A stretch of DNA of 26,172 nt from Clostridiaceae bacterium (GTDB lineage: Bacteria > Bacillota > Clostridia > Oscillospirales > Acutalibacteraceae), in assembly GCA_904502215.1 (NCBI GenBank), contig CAJGDQ010000001.1, forward strand, positions 1-26,172, in the 5' to 3' direction. This document shows positions 24,426 through 26,172 of this stretch, one piece after another. The notes under the pieces were generated by a model. That model was not told the DNA's origin and made no database searches. It worked only from the letters and a program-made list of their open reading frames with translations. The position numbers and the translations under genes are program-made. The stretch's first letter is position 1. Each line of letters begins with the position of its first letter.

Positions 24426-25268
24426 ATGATAAATGAAATTTCGGTTTTGAAAATTCGTGATGCTGTTGAAAGGCTTTGCATTGAGGCTAATAAAGACCTG
24501 CCTAAAGATGTTGTTTGTAAGCTTTGCGATGCTAAATGTAATGAGAGCAATTGCCTTGCAAAAAGTGTTTTAGAGGAAATTGAGCTTAATATAAAGATTG
24601 CAAAAGAGCAAGATTTACCTATTTGTCAGGATACCGGTATGGCGGTTATTTTTTTGGAGATAGGACAAGATGTTCACCTTGTTGATGGTTCATTGTATGA
24701 AGCGGTTAATGAGGGAGTTAGAAGAGGCTATCAAAGGGGATTTTTGAGAAAATCAGTAGTATCTGACCCACTTTTGAGAGTTAATACCAATGATAATACC
24801 CCTGCTATTATTCATACCGAGATTGTTGGCGGCAGTTCGGTTAAGATAACTGTTGCTCCTAAGGGTTTTGGCAGCGAAAATATGAGCGGTGTTAAAATGC
24901 TCAATCCTTCGGCTGAGAGAGAGGGAGTAATTGAAGCGGTGCTTGAAATAGTTAAGAAGGCATCTAATAACCCTTGCCCACCTATTGTTGTTGGCGTTGG
25001 TGTTGGCGGAGATTTTGAAGAATGTGCTTTGCTTTCAAAAAAAGCATTGGTTAGAGAAGGGGAAAATCAAAATCCTTATTATAATGAGTTGGAAAAGGAA
25101 TTGCTGGGAAGAATAAATGCGTTGGGAATCGGTCCTCAAGGCTTTGGCGGGGATACAACTGCAATAGCAGTTAATATTGAAACTATGCCAACCCATATAG
25201 CAGGTCTTCCGGTTGCTGTTAATATCGGTTGCTATGTTAACCGACATAAAGTTTGTGAGGTAAAATAA
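24426..25268 (+). CDS. Class I (Fe-S) fumarate hydratase / L-tartrate dehydratase, alpha subunit
   Basis: PICQDTG, NTNDNTP, PKGFGSEN, NPCPP..VGVG.GG, GIGPQGFGG and HIAGLPVAVN..C motifs. Confidence 0.93.
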   Translation: MINEISVLKIRDAVERLCIEANKDLPKDVVCKLCDAKCNESNCLAKSVLEEIELNIKIAKEQDLPICQDTGMAVIFLEIGQDVHLVDGSLYEAVNEGVRRGYQRGFLRKSVVSDPLLRVNTNDNTPAIIHTEIVGGSSVKITVAPKGFGSENMSGVKMLNPSAEREGVIEAVLEIVKKASNNPCPPIVVGVGVGGDFEECALLSKKALVREGENQNPYYNELEKELLGRINALGIGPQGFGGDTTAIAVNIETMPTHIAGLPVAVNIGCYVNRHKVCEVK

Positions 25269-26172
25269 TGGATAAAATAAATTTGGTAGCACCCTGTATT
25301 TTCGGTATTGAAAGTGTTGCGGCCGATGAATTTCGCCGTATGGGCTTTGAGGATGTTATAACCGAAAATGGCAGAGTTTTGCTTTCGGGCGATATGAATA
25401 TGTTGGCAAGAGCTAACATTTGCTCAAGATTTGCCGAGAGAATACTTATAAATGTTGGAGTTTTTAATGCGGTTACATTTACCGAGCTTTTTGATGGTGT
25501 CAAAGCGCTTCCTTGGGAAAACTATATAGGCAAGGATGATGCCTTTCCCGTTAACGGTTGGAGCATAAATTCTCAACTTTTCAGTATTCCTGATTGTCAG
25601 TCGATTGTTAAAAAGGCTATAGTTGAAAGGCTTAAAACAAAATATGCGGTTACTCGTTTTGCCGAAACAGGACCTGAGTATAAGGTTCGATTTTCCATTC
25701 ATAAAAATGAGGTTACTATGATGATAGATACCTCGGGCGATGGTCTTCATAAGAGGGGATACCGCAGAAATTCAAACGATGCACCGATTAAGGAAACCTT
25801 AGGTGCTGCTATGTGTGATTTAGCAAGAATTTATCCTGATACTTTATTTTTTGACCCTTTTTGCGGAAGCGGAACCTTGCTTATTGAATCAGCTTTGATG
25901 GCTAAAAACATAGCTCCTGGTCTTAGAAGATATTTTGCTGCTGAGCGTTTTAATTTTATAGATAAAAAGGTTTGGCAAGAGGAGAGAATGAGGGCTCAGG
26001 ATAATATCAGGCAAAATATTGATTTTGAGGCTCATGGATTTGATATAGACCCTGCTTGCGTTGAACTTACCCTTGCAAATGCCAAAAAGGCAGGGGTTGA
26101 AAAATACGTTAAGGCGGCTGTTGGAGATATCAAAGATTTCAAAGCACCAAAAGAGCGTTGCTTAACCATCAC
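25268..26172 (+). CDS. THUMP-domain class I SAM-dependent RNA methyltransferase (RlmL/YpsC-like); 3' end outside the window, not in the ORF track
   Basis: ATG 25268 overlaps the upstream TAA. It reads MDKINLVAPCIFGIE..., with DTSGDGLHKRGYR, APIKETLGAA and DPFCGSGTLLIE; the frame is open to the window end. Confidence 0.93.
   Translation, partial: MDKINLVAPCIFGIESVAADEFRRMGFEDVITENGRVLLSGDMNMLARANICSRFAERILINVGVFNAVTFTELFDGVKALPWENYIGKDDAFPVNGWSINSQLFSIPDCQSIVKKAIVERLKTKYAVTRFAETGPEYKVRFSIHKNEVTMMIDTSGDGLHKRGYRRNSNDAPIKETLGAAMCDLARIYPDTLFFDPFCGSGTLLIESALMAKNIAPGLRRYFAAERFNFIDKKVWQEERMRAQDNIRQNIDFEAHGFDIDPACVELTLANAKKAGVEKYVKAAVGDIKDFKAPKERCLTI

Noticed and set aside
580..25750. Numerous short antisense or out-of-frame ORFs in the track (e.g. 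580-795, 814-1119, 2437-2817, 8646-9047, 10204-10521, 15970-16425, 18500-18847, 25424-25750)
   Set aside because: They are shadows of well-supported genes, with no RBS or recognisable motifs.

Overview
Low-GC, AT-rich chromosomal window from a Clostridia-like Firmicute (Oscillospiraceae/Ruminococcaceae-like, inferred from gene order and protein style). Bases 7.3-26.2 kb are housekeeping: a GntR-containing Re-citrate synthase/aconitase/isocitrate dehydrogenase operon, then recJ-rel-dtd-MBL hydrolase-hemZ-Zn ribbon-mtnN-yabM(MurJ/SpoVB)-hup-yabO-yabP-yabQ-divIC-yabR, an orphan fumarate hydratase alpha subunit and a truncated RlmL/YpsC-like methyltransferase. The first 7.3 kb is more accessory and holds most of the interest. 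It has the end of a GGDEF protein and a self-contained promoter-to-terminator operon. That operon encodes a 38-aa peptide missed by the ORF track (507-623), a secreted cohesin-like two-domain protein and a disordered lipoprotein whose C-terminus resembles that of the peptide. After it come a GreA-family gene, an AsnB homologue lacking the catalytic N-terminal Cys, tspO, a LacX-like epimerase, a glycosyltransferase resembling animal B4GALNT (GT12), and a YpsA/DUF1273 SLOG gene behind a consensus sigmaA promoter containing a LexA-like box. No rRNA, tRNA, CRISPR array or mobile element was recognised. All family calls come from motif recognition by eye, not from database searches.
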